From positions 4,546,181 to 4,610,180 of the forward strand of contig CM082596.2 of assembly GCA_040954595.2 (NCBI GenBank): 64,000 nucleotides of DNA. The letters run 5' to 3'. Below the pieces are notes generated by a model. It searched no databases. It saw only the letters and a list, made by a program, of their open reading frames with translations, and was not told the DNA's origin. The translations under genes and the position numbers were made by a program. Of this stretch, positions 1-15,000 are shown one piece after another (within the stretch, counting starts at the first letter, position 1; the number at the start of each line of letters is the position of its first letter). Origin of the DNA: Balanoglossus misakiensis (lineage: Eukaryota > Animalia > Hemichordata).

Positions 1-3000
1 CAAAAAATGAGAATTTTTGGACTTTGCGGATTTTCAAAATTTGGTCGATTTTTGAAAAAACCATGGGTTATAGCTCAGGAGAAAATCGTCAAAAAATGAG
101 AATTTTTGGACTTTGCGGATTTTCAAAATTTGGTCGATTTTTGAAAAAACATGGGTTATAGCTCAGGAAAATCGTCAAAAAATGAGAATTTTTGGACTTT
201 GCGGATTTTCAAAATTTGGTCGATTTTTGAAAAAACCATGGGTTATAGCTCAGGAAAATCGTCAAAAAATGAGAATTTTTGGACTTTGCGGATTTTCAAA
301 ATTTGGTCGATTTTTGAAAAAACATGGGTTATAGCTCAGGAAAATCGTCAAAAAATGAGAATTTTTGGACTTTGCGGATTTTCAAAATTTGGTCGATTTT
401 TGAAAAAACCATGGGTTATAGCTCAGGAAAATCGTCAAAAAATGAGAATTTTTGGACTTGGCGGATTTTCAAATTTGGTCGATTTTTGAAAAAACCATGG
501 GTTATAGCTCAGGAAAATCGTCAAAAAATGAGAATTTATGGACTTGGCGGATTTTCAAAATTTGGTCGATTTTTGAAAAAACCATGGGTTATAGCTCAGG
601 AAAATCGTCAAAAAATGAGAATTTTTGGACTTGGCGGATTTTCAAAATTTGGTCGATTTTAGAAAAAACCATGGGTTATAGCTCAGGAAAATCGTCAAAA
701 AATGAGAATTTTTGGACTTTGCGGATTTTCAAAATTTGGTCGATTTTAGAAAAAACCATGGGTTATAGCTCAGGAAAATCGTCAAAAAATGAGAATTTTT
801 GGACTTTGCGGATTTTCAAAATTTGGTCGATTTTTGAAAAAACCATGGGTTATAGCTCAGGAAAATCGTCAAAAAATGAGAATTTTTGGACTTTGCGGAT
901 TTTCAAAATTTGGTCGATTTTTGAAAAAACCATGGGTTATAGCTCAGGAAAATCGTCAAAAAATGAGAATTTTTGGACTTTGCGGATTTTCAAAATTTGG
1001 TCGATTTTTGAAAAAACCATGGGTTATAGCTCAGGAAAATCGTCAAAAAATGAGAATTTTTGGACTTTGCGGATTTTCAAAATTTGGTCGATTTTTGAAA
1101 AAACCATGGGTTATAGCTCAGGAAAATCGTCAAAAAATGAGAATTTTTGGACTTTGCGGATTTTCAAAATTTGGTCGATTTTTGAAAAAACCATGGGTTA
1201 TAGCTCAGGAAAATCGTCAAAAAATGAGAATTTTTGGACTTTGCGGATTTTCAAAATTTGGTCGATTTTTGAAAAAACCATGGGTTATAGCTCAGGAAAA
1301 TCGTCAAAAAATGAGAATTTTTGGACTTTGGCGGATTTTTCAAAATTTGGTCGATTTTTGAAAAAACCATGGGTTATAGCTCAGGAAAATCGTCAAAAAA
1401 TGAGAATTTATGGACTTGGCGGATTTTCAAAATTTGGTCGATTTTTGAAAAAACCATGGGTTATAGCTCAGGAAAATCGTCAAAAAATGAGAATTTTTGG
1501 ACTTGGCGGATTTTCAAAATTTGGTCGATTTTTGAAAAAACCATGGGTTATAGCTCAGGAAAATCGTCAAAAAATGAGAATTTTTGGACTTTGCGGATTT
1601 TCAAAATTTGGTCGATTTTTAGAAAAAACCATGGGTTATAGCTCAGGAAAATCGTCAAAAAATGAGAATTTTTGGACTTTGCGGATTTTCAAAATTTGGT
1701 CGATTTTTGAAAAAACCATGGGTTATAGCTCAGGAAAATCGTCAAAAAATGAGAATTTTTGGACTTTGCGGATTTTCAAAATTTGGTCGATTTTTGAAAA
1801 AACCATGGGTTATAGCTCAGGAAAATCGTCAAAAAATGAGAATTTTTGGACTTTGCGGATTTTCAAAATTTGGTCGATTTTTGAAAAAACCATGGGTTAT
1901 AGCTCAGGAAAATCGTCAAAAAATGAGAATTTTTGGACTTTGCGGATTTTCAAAATTTGGTCGATTTTTGAAAAAAACCATGGGTTATAGCTCAGGAAAA
2001 TCGTCAAAAAATGAGAATTTTTGGACTTTGCGGATTTTCAAAATTTGGTCGATTTTTGAAAAAACCATGGGTTATAGCTCAGGAAAATCGTCAAAAAATG
2101 AGAATTTTTGGACTTTGCGGATTTTCAAAATTTGGTCGATTTTTGAAAAAACCATGGGTTATAGCTCAGGAAAATCGTCAAAAAATGAGAATTTTTGGAC
2201 TTTGCGGATTTTCAAAATTTGGTCGATTTTTGAAAAAACCATGGGTTATAGCTCAGGAAAATCGTCAAAAAATGAGAATTTTTGGACTTTGCGGATTTTC
2301 AAAATTTGGTCGATTTTTGAAAAAACCATGGGTTATAGCTCAGGAAAATCGTCAAAAAATGAGAATTTTTGGACTTTGCGGATTTTCAAAATTTGGTCGA
2401 TTTTTGAAAAAACCATGGGTTATAGCTCAGGAAAATCGTGAGTCAAAAAATGAGAATTTTTGGACTTTGCGGATTTTCAAAATTTGGTCGATTTTTGAAA
2501 AAACCATGGGTTATAGCTCAGGAAAATCGTCAAAAAATGAGAATTTTTGGACTTTGCGGATTTTCAAAATTTGGTCGATTTTTGAAAAAACCATGGGTTA
2601 TAGCTCAGGAAAATCGTCAAAAAATGAGAATTTTTGGACTTTGCGGATTTTCAAAATTTGGTCGATTTTTGAAAAAACCATGGGTTATAGCTCAGGAAAA
2701 TCGTCAAAAAATGAGAATTTTTGGACTTTGCGGATTTTCAAAATTTGGTCGATTTTTGAAAAAACCATGGGTTATAGCTCAGGAAAATCGTCAAAAAATG
2801 AGAATTTTTGGACTTTGCGGATTTTCAAAATTTGGTCGATTTTTGAAAAAACCATGGGTTATAGCTCAGGAAAATCGTCAAAAAATGAGAATTTTTGGAC
2901 TTTGCGGATTTTCAAAATTTGGTCGATTTTTGAAAAAACCATGGGTTATAGCTCAGGAAAATCGTCAAAAAATGAGAATTTTTGGACTTTGCGGATTTTC

Positions 3001-6000
3001 AAAATTTGGTCGATTTTGAAAAAAACCATGGGTTATAGCTCAGGAAAATCGTCAAAAAATGAGAATTTTTGGACTTTGCGGATTTTCAAAATTTGGTCGA
3101 TTTTTGAAAAAACCATGGGTTATAGCTCAGGAAAATCGTCAAAAAATGAGAATTTTTGGACTTTGCGGATTTTCAAAATTTGGTCGATTTTTGAAAAAAC
3201 CATGGGTTATAGCTCAGGAAAATCGTCAAAAAATGAGAATTTTTGGACTTTGCGGATTTTCAAAATTTGGTCGATTTTTGAAAAAACCATGGGTTATAGC
3301 TCAGGAAAATCGTCAAAAAATGAGAATTTTTGGACTTTGCGGATTTTCAAAATTTGGTCGATTTTTGAAAAAACCATGGGTTATAGCTCAGGAAAATCGT
3401 CAAAAAATGAGAATTTTTGGACTTTGCGGATTTTCAAAATTTGGTCGATTTTTGAAAAAACCATGGGTTATAGCTCAGGAAAATCGTCAAAAAATGAGAA
3501 TTTTTGGACTTTGCGGATTTTCAAAATTTGGTCGATTTTTGAAAAAACCATGGGTTATAGCTCAGGAAAATCGTCAAAAAATGAGAATTTTTGGACTTTG
3601 CGGATTTTCAAAATTTGGTCGATTTTTGAAAAAAAACCATGGGTTATAGCTCAGGAAAATCGTCAAAAAATGAGAATTTTTGGACTTTGCGGATTTTCAA
3701 AATTTGGTCGATTTTTGAAAAAACCATGGGTTATAGCTCAGGAAAATCGTCAAAAAATGAGAATTTTTGGACTTTGCGGATTTTCAAAATTTGGTCGATT
3801 TTTGAAAAAACCATGGGTTATAGCTCAGGAAAATCGTCAAAAAATGAGAATTTTTGGACTTTGCGGATTTTCAAAAATTTGGTCGATTTTTGAAAAAACC
3901 ATGGGTTATAGCTCAGGAAAATCGTCAAAAAATGAGAATTTTTGGACTTTGCGGATTTTCAAAATTTGGTCGATTTTTGAAAAAACCATGGGTTATAGCT
4001 CAGGAAAATCGTCAAAAAATGAGAATTTTTGGACTTTGCGGATTTTCAAAATTTGGTCGATTTTTGAAAAAACCATGGGTTATAGCTCAGGAAAATCGTC
4101 AAAAAATGAGAATTTTTGGACTTTGCGGATTTTCAAAATTTGGTCGATTTTTGAAAAAACCATGGGTTATAGCTCAGGAAAATCGTCAAAAAATGAGAAT
4201 TTTTGGACTTTGCGGATTTTCAAAATTTGGTCGATTTTTGAAAAAACCATGGGTTATAGCTCAGGAAAATCGTCAAAAAATGAGAATTTTTGGACTTTGC
4301 GGATTTTCAAAATTTGGTCGATTTTTGAAAAAACCATGGGTTATAGCTCAGGAAAATCGTCAAAAAATGAGAATTTTTGGACTTTGCGGATTTTCAAAAT
4401 TTGGTCGATTTTTGAAAAAACCATGGGTTATAGCTCAGGAAAATCGTCAAAAAATGAGAATTTTTGGACTTTGCGGATTTTCAAAATTTGGTCGATTTTT
4501 GAAAAAACCATGGGTTATAGCTCAGGAAAATCGTCAAAAAATGAGAATTTTTGGACTTTGCGGATTTTCAAAATTTGGTCGATTTTTGAAAAAACCATGG
4601 GTTATAGCTCAGGAAAATCGTCAAAAAATGAGAATTTTTGGACTTTGCGGATTTTCAAAATTTGGTCGATTTTTGAAAAAACCATGGGTTATAGCTCAGG
4701 AAAATCGTCAAAAAATGAGAATTTTTGGACTTTGCGGATTTTCAAAATTTGGTCGATTTTTGAAAAAAACCATGGGTTATAGCTCAGGAAAATCGTCAAA
4801 AAATGAGAATTTTTGGACTTTGCGGATTTTCAAAATTTGGTCGATTTTTGAAAAAACCATGGGTTATAGCTCAGGAAAATCGTCAAAAAATGAGAATTTT
4901 TGGACTTTGCGGATTTTCAAAATTTGGTCGATTTTTGAAAAAACCATGGGTTATAGCTCAGGAAAATCGTCAAAAAATGAGAATTTTTGGACTTTGCGGA
5001 TTTTCAAAATTTGGTCGATTTTGAAAAAACCATGGGTTATAGCTCAGGAAAATCGTCAAAAAATGAGAATTTTTGGACTTTGCGGATTTTCAAAATTTGG
5101 TCGATTTTTGAAAAAACCATGGGTTATAGCTCAGGAAAATCGTCAAAAAATGAGAATTTTTGGACTTTGCGGATTTTCAAAATTTGGTCGATTTTTGAAA
5201 AAACCATGGGTTATAGCTCAGGAAAATCGTCAAAAATGAGAATTTTTGGACTTTGCGGATTTTCAAAATTTGGTCGATTTTTGAAAAAACCATGGGTTAT
5301 AGCTCAGGAAAATCGTCAAAAAATGAGAATTTTTGGACTTTGCGGATTTTCAAAATTTGGTCGATTTTTGAAAAAACCATGGGTTATAGCTCAGGAAAAT
5401 CGTCAAAAAATGAGAATTTTTGGACTTTGCGGATTTTCAAATTTGGTCGATTTTTGAAAAAACCATGGGTTATAGCTCAGGAAAATCGTCAAAAAATGAG
5501 AATTTTTGGACTTTGCGGATTTTCAAAATTTGGTCGATTTTTGAAAAAACCATGGGTTATAGCTCAGGAAAATCGTCAAAAAATGAGAATTTTTGGACTT
5601 TGCGGATTTTCAAAATTTGGTCGATTTTTGAAAAAACCATGGGTTATAGCTCAGGAAAATCGTCAAAAAATGAGAATTTTTGGACTTTGCGGATTTTCAA
5701 AATTTGGTCGATTTTTTGAAAAAAACCATGGGTTATAGCTCAGGAAAATCGTCAAAAAATGAGAATTTTTGGACTTTGCGGATTTTCAAAATTTGGTCGA
5801 TTTTTGAAAAAACCATGGGTTATAGCTCAGGAAAATCGTCAAAAAATGAGAATTTTTGGACTTTGCGGATTTTCAAAATTTGGTCGATTTTTGAAAAAAA
5901 CCATGGGTTATAGCTCAGGAAAATCGTCAAAAAAATGAGAATTTTTGGACTTTGCGGATTTTCAAAATTTGGTCGATTTTTGAAAAAACCATGGGTTATA

Positions 6001-9000
6001 GCTCAGGAAAATCGTCAAAAAATGAGAATTTTTGGACTTTGCGGATTTTCAAAATTTGGTCGATTTTTGAAAAAACCATGGGTTATAGCTCAGGAAAATC
6101 GTCAAAAAATGAGAATTTTTGGACTTTGCGGATTTTCAAAATTTGGTCGATTTTTGAAAAAAACCATGGGTTATAGCTCAGGAAAATCGTCAAAAAATGA
6201 GAATTTTTGGACTTTGCGGATTTTCAAAATTTGGTCGATTTTTGAAAAAAACCATGGGTTATAGCTCAGGAAAATCGTCAAAAAATGAGAATTTTTGGAC
6301 TTTGCGGATTTTCAAAATTTGGTCGATTTTTGAAAAAACCATGGGTTATAGCTCAGGAAAATCGTCAAAAAATGAGAATTTTTGGACTTTGCGGATTTTC
6401 AAAATTTGGTCGATTTTTGAAAAAAACCATGGGTTATAGCTCAGGAAAATCGTCAAAAAATGAGAATTTTTGGACTTTGCGGATTTTCAAAATTTGGTCG
6501 ATTTTTGAAAAAACCATGGGTTATAGCTCAGGAAAATCGTCAAAAAATGAGAATTTTTGGACTTTGCGGATTTTCAAAATTTGGTCGATTTTTGAAAAAA
6601 CCATGGGTTATAGCTCAGGAAAATCGTCAAAAAATGAGAATTTTTGGACTTTGCGGATTTTCAAAATTTGGTCGATTTTTGAAAAAACCATGGGTTATAG
6701 CTCAGGAAAATCGTCAAAAAATGAGAATTTTTGGACTTTGCGGATTTTCAAAATTTGGTCGATTTTTGAAAAAACCATGGGTTATAGCTCAGGAAAATCG
6801 TCAAAAAATGAGAATTTTTGGACTTTGCGGATTTTCAAAATTTGGTCGATTTTTGAAAAAACCATGGGTTATAGCTCAGGAAAATCGTCAAAAAATGAGA
6901 ATTTTTGGACTTTGCGGATTTTCAAAATTTGGTCGATTTTTGAAAAAACCATGGGTTATAGCTCAGGAAAATCGTCAAAAAATGAGAATTTTTGGACTTT
7001 GCGGATTTTCAAAATTTGGTCGATTTTTGAAAAAACCATGGGTTATAGCTCAGGAAAATCGTCAAAAAATGAGAATTTTTGGACTTTGCGGATTTTCAAA
7101 ATTTGGTCGATTTTTGAAAAAACCATGGGTTATAGCTCAGGAAAATCGTCAAAAAATGAGAATTTTTGGACTTTGCGGATTTTCAAAATTTGGTCGATTT
7201 TTGAAAAAACCATGGGTTATAGCTCAGGAAAATCGTCAAAAAATGAGAATTTTTGGACTTTGCGGATTTTCAAAATTTGGTCGATTTTTGAAAAAACCAT
7301 GGGTTATAGCTCAGGAAAATCGTCAAAAAATGAGAATTTTTGGACTTTGCGGATTTTCAAAATTTGGTCGATTTTTGAAAAAACCATGGGTTATAGCTCA
7401 GGAAAATCGTCAAAAAATGAGAATTTTTGGACTTTGCGGATTTTCAAAATTTGGTCGATTTTTGAAAAAACCATGGGTTATAGCTCAGGAAAATCGTCAA
7501 AAAATGAGAATTTTTGGACTTTGCGGATTTTCAAAATTTGGTCGATTTTTGAAAAAACCATGGGTTATAGCTCAGGAAAATCGTCAAAAAATGAGAATTT
7601 TTGGACTTTGCGGATTTTCAAAATTTGGTCGATTTTTGAAAAAACCATGGGTTATAGCTCAGGAAAATCGTCAAAAAATGAGAATTTTTGGACTTTGCGG
7701 ATTTTCAAAATTTGGTCGATTTTTGAAAAAACCATGGGTTATAGCTCAGGAAAATCGTCAAAAAATGAGAATTTTTGGACTTTGCGGATTTTCAAAATTT
7801 GGTCGATTTTTGAAAAAACCATGGGTTATAGCTCAGGAAAATCGTCAAAAAATGAGAATTTTTGGACTTTGCGGATTTTCAAAATTTGGTCGATTTTTGA
7901 AAAAACCATGGGTTATAGCTCAGGAAAATCGTCAAAAAATGAGAATTTTTGGACTTTGCGGATTTTCAAAATTTGGTCGATTTTTGAAAAAACCATGGGT
8001 TATAGCTCAGGAAAATCGTCAAAAAATGAGAATTTTTGGACTTTGCGGATTTTCAAAATTTGGTCGATTTTTGAAAAAACCATGGGTTATAGCTCAGGAA
8101 AATCGTCAAAAAATGAGAATTTTTGGACTTTGCGGATTTTCAAAATTTGGTCGATTTTTGAAAAAACCATGGGTTATAGCTCAGGAAAATCGTCAAAAAA
8201 TGAGAATTTTTGGACTTTGCGGATTTTCAAAATTTGGTCGATTTTTGAAAAAACCATGGGTTATAGCTCAGGAAAATCGTCAAAAAATGAGAATTTTTGG
8301 ACTTTGCGGATTTTCAAAATTTGGTCGATTTTTGAAAAAACCATGGGTTATAGCTCAGGAAAATCGTCAAAAAATGAGAATTTTTGGACTTTGCGGATTT
8401 TCAAAAGTTGGTCGATTTTTGAAAAAACCATGGGTTATAGCTCAGGAAAATCGTCAAAAAATGAGAATTTTTGGACTTTGCGGATTTTCAAAAGTTGGTC
8501 GATTTTTGAAAAAACCATGGGTTATAGCTCAGGAAAATCGTCAAAAAATGAGAATTTTTGGACTTTGCGGATTTTCAAAATTTGGTCGATTTTTGAAAAA
8601 ACCATGGGTTATAGCTCAGGAAAATCGTCAAAAAATGAGAATTTTTGGACTTTGCGGATTTTCAAAATTTGGTCGATTTTTGAAAAAACCATGGGTTATA
8701 GCTCAGGAAAATCGTCAAAAAATGAGAATTTTTGGACTTTGCGGATTTTCAAAATTTGGTCGATTTTTGAAAAAACCATGGGTTATAGCTCAGGAAAATC
8801 GTCAAAAAATGAGAATTTTTGGACTTTGCGGATTTTCAAAATTTGGTCGATTTTTGAAAAAACCATGGGTTATAGCTCAGGAAAATCGTCAAAAAATGAG
8901 AATTTTTGGACTTTGCGGATTTTCAAAATTTGGTCGATTTTTGAAAAAACCATGGGTTATAGCTCAGGAAAATCGTCAAAAAATGAGAATTTTTGGACTT

Positions 9001-12000
9001 TGCGGATTTTCAAAATTTGGTCGATTTTTGAAAAAACCATGGGTTATAGCTCAGGAAAATCGTCAAAAAATGAGAATTTTTGGACTTTGCGGATTTTCAA
9101 AATTTGGTCGATTTTTGAAAAAACCATGGGTTATAGCTCAGGAAAATCGTCAAAAAATGAGAATTTTTGGACTTTGCGGATTTTCAAAATTTGGTCGATT
9201 TTTGAAAAAACCATGGGTTATAGCTCAGGAAAATCGTCAAAAAATGAGAATTTTTGGACTTTGCGGATTTTCAAAATTTGGTCGATTTTTGAAAAAACCA
9301 TGGGTTATAGCTCAGGAAAATCGTCAAAAAATGAGAATTTTTGGACTTTGCGGATTTTCAAAATTTGGTCGATTTTTGAAAAAACCATGGGTTATAGCTC
9401 AGGAAAATCGTCAAAAAATGAGAATTTTTGGACTTTGCGGATTTTCAAAATTTGGTCGATTTTTGAAAAAACCATGGGTTATAGCTCAGGAAAATCGTCA
9501 AAAAATGAGAATTTTTGGACTTTGCGGATTTTCAAAATTTGGTCGATTTTTGAAAAAACCATGGGTTATAGCTCAGGAAAATCGTCAAAAAATGAGAATT
9601 TTTGGACTTTGCGGATTTTCAAAATTTGGTCGATTTTTGAAAAAACCATGGGTTATAGCTCAGGAAAATCGTCAAAAAATGAGAATTTTTGGACTTTGCG
9701 GATTTTCAAAATTTGGTCGATTTTTGAAAAAACCATGGGTTATAGCTCAGGAAAATCGTCAAAAAATGAGAATTTTTGGACTTTGCGGATTTTCAAAATT
9801 TGGTCGATTTTTGAAAAAAACCATGGGTTATAGCTCAGGAAAATCGTCAAAAAATGAGAATTTTTGGACTTTGCGGATTTTCAAAATTTGGTCGATTTTT
9901 GAAAAAACCATGGGTTATAGCTCAGGAAAATCGTCAAAAAATGAGAATTTTTGGACTTTGCGGATTTTCAAAATTTGGTCGATTTTTGAAAAAACCATGG
10001 GTTATAGCTCAGGAAAATCGTCAAAAAATGAGAATTTTTGGACTTTGCGGATTTTCAAAATTTGGTCGATTTTTGAAAAAAACCATGGGTTATAGCTCAG
10101 GAAAATCGTCAAAAAATGAGAATTTTTGGACTTTGCGGATTTTCAAAATTTGGTCGATTTTTGAAAAAAACCATGGGTTATAGCTCAGGAAAATCGTCAA
10201 AAAATGAGAATTTTTGGACTTTGCGGATTTTCAAAATTTGGTCGATTTTTGAAAAAAACCATGGGTTATAGCTCAGGAAAATCGTCAAAAAATGAGAATT
10301 TTTGGACTTTGCGGATTTTCAAAATTTGGTCGATTTTTGAAAAAAACCATGGGTTATAGCTCAGGAAAATCGTCAAAAAATGAGAATTTTTGGACTTTGC
10401 GGATTTTCAAAATTTGGTCGATTTTTGAAAAAAACCATGGGTTATAGCTCAGGAAAATCGTCAAAAAATGAGAATTTTTGGACTTTGCGGATTTTCAAAA
10501 TTTGGTCGATTTTTGAAAAAAACCATGGGTTATAGCTCAGGAAAATCGTCAAAAAATGAGAATTTTTGGACTTTGCGGATTTTCAAAATTTGGTCGATTT
10601 TTGAAAAAAACCATGGGTTATAGCTCAGGAAAATCGTCAAAAAATGAGAATTTTTGGACTTTGCGGATTTTCAAAATTTGGTCGATTTTTGAAAAAACCA
10701 TGGGTTATAGCTCAGGAAAATCGTCAAAAAATGAGAATTTTTGGACTTTGCGGATTTTCAAAATTTGGTCGATTTTTGAAAAAACCATGGGTTATAGCTC
10801 AGGAAAATCGTCAAAAAATGAGAATTTTTGGACTTTGCGGATTTTCAAAATTTGGTCGATTTTTGAAAAAACCATGGGTTATAGCTCAGGAAAATCGTCA
10901 AAAAATGAGAATTTTTGGACTTTGCGGATTTTCAAAATTTGGTCGATTTTTGAAAAAACCATGGGTTATAGCTCAGGAAAATCGTCAAAAAATGAGAATT
11001 TTTGGACTTTGCGGATTTTCAAAATTTGGTCGATTTTTGAAAAAACCATGGGTTATAGCTCAGGAAAATCGTCAAAAAATGAGAATTTTTGGACTTTGCG
11101 GATTTTCAAAATTTGGTCGATTTTTGAAAAAAACCATGGGTTATAGCTCAGGAAAATCGTCAAAAAATGAGAATTTTTGGACTTTGCGGATTTTCAAAAT
11201 TTGGTCGATTTTTGAAAAAACCATGGGTTATAGCTCAGGAAAATCGTCAAAAAATGAGAATTTTTGGACTTTGCGGATTTTCAAAATTTGGTCGATTTTT
11301 GAAAAAACCATGGGTTATAGCTCAGGAAAATCGTCAAAAAATGAGAATTTTTGGACTTTGCGGATTTTCAAAAGTTGGTCGATTTTTGAAAAAACCATGG
11401 GTTATAGCTCAGGAAAATCGTCAAAAAATGAGAATTTTTGGACTTTGCGGATTTTCAAAAGTTGGTCGATTTTTGAAAAAACCATGGGTTATAGCTCAGG
11501 AAAATCGTCAAAAAATGAGAATTTTTGGACTTTGCGGATTTTCAAAATTTGGTCGATTTTTGAAAAAACCATGGGTTATAGCTCAGGAAAATCGTCAAAA
11601 AATGAGAATTTTTGGACTTTGCGGATTTTCAAAATTTGGTCGATTTTTGAAAAAACCATGGGTTATAGCTCAGGAAAATCGTCAAAAAATGAGAATTTTT
11701 GGACTTTGCGGATTTTCAAAATTTGGTCGATTTTTGAAAAAACCATGGGTTATAGCTCAGGAAAATCGTCAAAAAATGAGAATTTTTGGACTTTGCGGAT
11801 TTTCAAAATTTGGTCGATTTTTGAAAAAACCATGGGTTATAGCTCAGGAAAATCGTCAAAAAATGAGAATTTTTGGACTTTGCGGATTTTCAAAATTTGG
11901 TCGATTTTTGAAAAAACCATGGGTTATAGCTCAGGAAAATCGTCAAAAAATGAGAATTTTTGGACTTTGCGGATTTTCAAAATTTGGTCGATTTTTGAAA

Positions 12001-15000
12001 AAACCATGGGTTATAGCTCAGGAAAATCGTCAAAAAATGAGAATTTTTGGACTTTGCGGATTTTCAAAATTTGGTCGATTTTTGAAAAAACCATGGGTTA
12101 TAGCTCAGGAAAATCGTCAAAAAATGAGAATTTTTGGACTTTGCGGATTTTCAAAATTTGGTCGATTTTTGAAAAAACCATGGGTTATAGCTCAGGAAAA
12201 TCGTCAAAAAATGAGAATTTTTGGACTTTGCGGATTTTCAAAATTTGGTCGATTTTTGAAAAAACCATGGGTTATAGCTCAGGAAAATCGTCAAAAAATG
12301 AGAATTTTTGGACTTTGCGGATTTTCAAAATTTGGTCGATTTTTGAAAAAACCATGGGTTATAGCTCAGGAAAATCGTCAAAAAATGAGAATTTTTGGAC
12401 TTTGCGGATTTTCAAAATTTGGTCGATTTTTGAAAAAACCATGGGTTATAGCTCAGGAAAATCGTCAAAAAATGAGAATTTTTGGACTTTGCGGATTTTC
12501 AAAATTTGGTCGATTTTTGAAAAAACCATGGGTTATAGCTCAGGAAAATCGTCAAAAAATGAGAATTTTTGGACTTTGCGGATTTTCAAAATTTGGTCGA
12601 TTTTTGAAAAAACCATGGGTTATAGCTCAGGAAAATCGTCAAAAAATGAGAATTTTTGGACTTTGCGGATTTTCAAAATTTGGTCGATTTTTGAAAAAAC
12701 CATGGGTTATAGCTCAGGAAAATCGTCAAAAAATGAGAATTTTTGGACTTTGCGGATTTTCAAAATTTGGTCGATTTTTGAAAAAACCATGGGTTATAGC
12801 TCAGGAAAATCGTCAAAAAATGAGAATTTTTGGACTTTGCGGATTTTCAAAATTTGGTCGATTTTTGAAAAAACCATGGGTTATAGCTCAGGAAAATCGT
12901 CAAAAAATGAGAATTTTTGGACTTTGCGGATTTTCAAAATTTGGTCGATTTTTGAAAAAACCATGGGTTATAGCTCAGGAAAATCGTCAAAAAATGAGAA
13001 TTTTTGGACTTTGCGGATTTTCAAAATTTGGTCGATTTTTGAAAAAACCATGGGTTATAGCTCAGGAAAATCGTCAAAAAATGAGAATTTTTGGACTTTG
13101 CGGATTTTCAAAATTTGGTCGATTTTTGAAAAAACCATGGGTTATAGCTCAGGAAAATCGTCAAAAAATGAGAATTTTTGGACTTTGCGGATTTTCAAAA
13201 TTTGGTCGATTTTTGAAAAAACCATGGGTTATAGCTCAGGAAAATCGTCAAAAAATGAGAATTTTTGGACTTTGCGGATTTTCAAAATTTGGTCGATTTT
13301 TGAAAAAACCATGGGTTATAGCTCAGGAAAATCGTCAAAAAATGAGAATTTTTGGACTTTGCGGATTTTCAAAATTTGGTCGATTTTTGAAAAAACCATG
13401 GGTTATAGCTCAGGAAAATCGTCAAAAAATGAGAATTTTTGGACTTTGCGGATTTTCAAAATTTGGTCGATTTTTGAAAAAACCATGGGTTATAGCTCAG
13501 GAAAATCGTCAAAAAATGAGAATTTTTGGACTTTGCGGATTTTCAAAATTTGGTCGATTTTTGAAAAAACCATGGGTTATAGCTCAGGAAAATCGTCAAA
13601 AAATGAGAATTTTTGGACTTTGCGGATTTTCAAAATTTGGTCGATTTTTGAAAAAACCATGGGTTATAGCTCAGGAAAATCGTCAAAAAATGAGAATTTT
13701 TGGACTTTGCGGATTTTCAAAATTTGGTCGATTTTTGAAAAAACCATGGGTTATAGCTCAGGAAAATCGTCAAAAAATGAGAATTTTTGGACTTTGCGGA
13801 TTTTCAAAATTTGGTCGATTTTTGAAAAAACCATGGGTTATAGCTCAGGAAAATCGTCAAAAAATGAGAATTTTTGGACTTTGCGGATTTTCAAAATTTG
13901 GTCGATTTTTGAAAAAACCATGGGTTATAGCTCAGGAAAATCGTCAAAAAATGAGAATTTTTGGACTTTGCGGATTTTCAAAATTTGGTCGATTTTGAAA
14001 AAACCATGGGTTATAGCTCAGGAAAATCGTCAAAAAATGAGAATTTTTGGACTTTGCGGATTTTCAAAATTTGGTCGATTTTTGAAAAAACCATGGGTTA
14101 TAGCTCAGGAAAATCGTCAAAAAATGAGAATTTTTGGACTTTGCGGATTTTCAAAATTTGGTCGATTTTTGAAAAAACCATGGGTTATAGCTCAGGAAAA
14201 TCGTCAAAAAATGAGAATTTTTGGACTTTGCGGATTTTCAAAATTTGGTCGATTTTTGAAAAAACCATGGGTTATAGCTCAGGAAAATCGTCAAAAAATG
14301 AGAATTTTTGGACTTTGCGGATTTTCAAAATTTGGTCGATTTTTGAAAAAACCATGGGTTATAGCTCAGGAAAATCGTCAAAAAATGAGAATTTTTGGAC
14401 TTTGCGGATTTTCAAAATTTGGTCGATTTTTGAAAAAACCATGGGTTATAGCTCAGGAAAATCGTCAAAAAATGAGAATTTTTGGACTTTGCGGATTTTC
14501 AAAATTTGGTCGATTTTTGAAAAAACCATGGGTTATAGCTCAGGAAAATCGTCAAAAAATGAGAATTTTTGGACTTTGCGGATTTTCAAAATTTGGTCGA
14601 TTTTTGAAAAAACCATGGGTTATAGCTCAGGAAAATCGTCAAAAAATGAGAATTTTTGGACTTTGCGGATTTTCAAAATTTGGTCGATTTTTGAAAAAAC
14701 CATGGGTTATAGCTCAGGAAAATCGTCAAAAAATGAGAATTTTTGGACTTTGCGGATTTTCAAAATTTGGTCGATTTTTGAAAAAACCATGGGTTATAGC
14801 TCAGGAAAATCGTCAAAAAATGAGAATTTTTGGACTTTGCGGATTTTCAAAATTTGGTCGATTTTTGAAAAAACCATGGGTTATAGCTCAGGAAAATCGT
14901 CAAAAAATGAGAATTTTTGGACTTTGCGGATTTTCAAAATTTGGTCGATTTTTGAAAAAAACCATGGGTTATAGCTCAGGAAAATCGTCAAAAAATGAGA

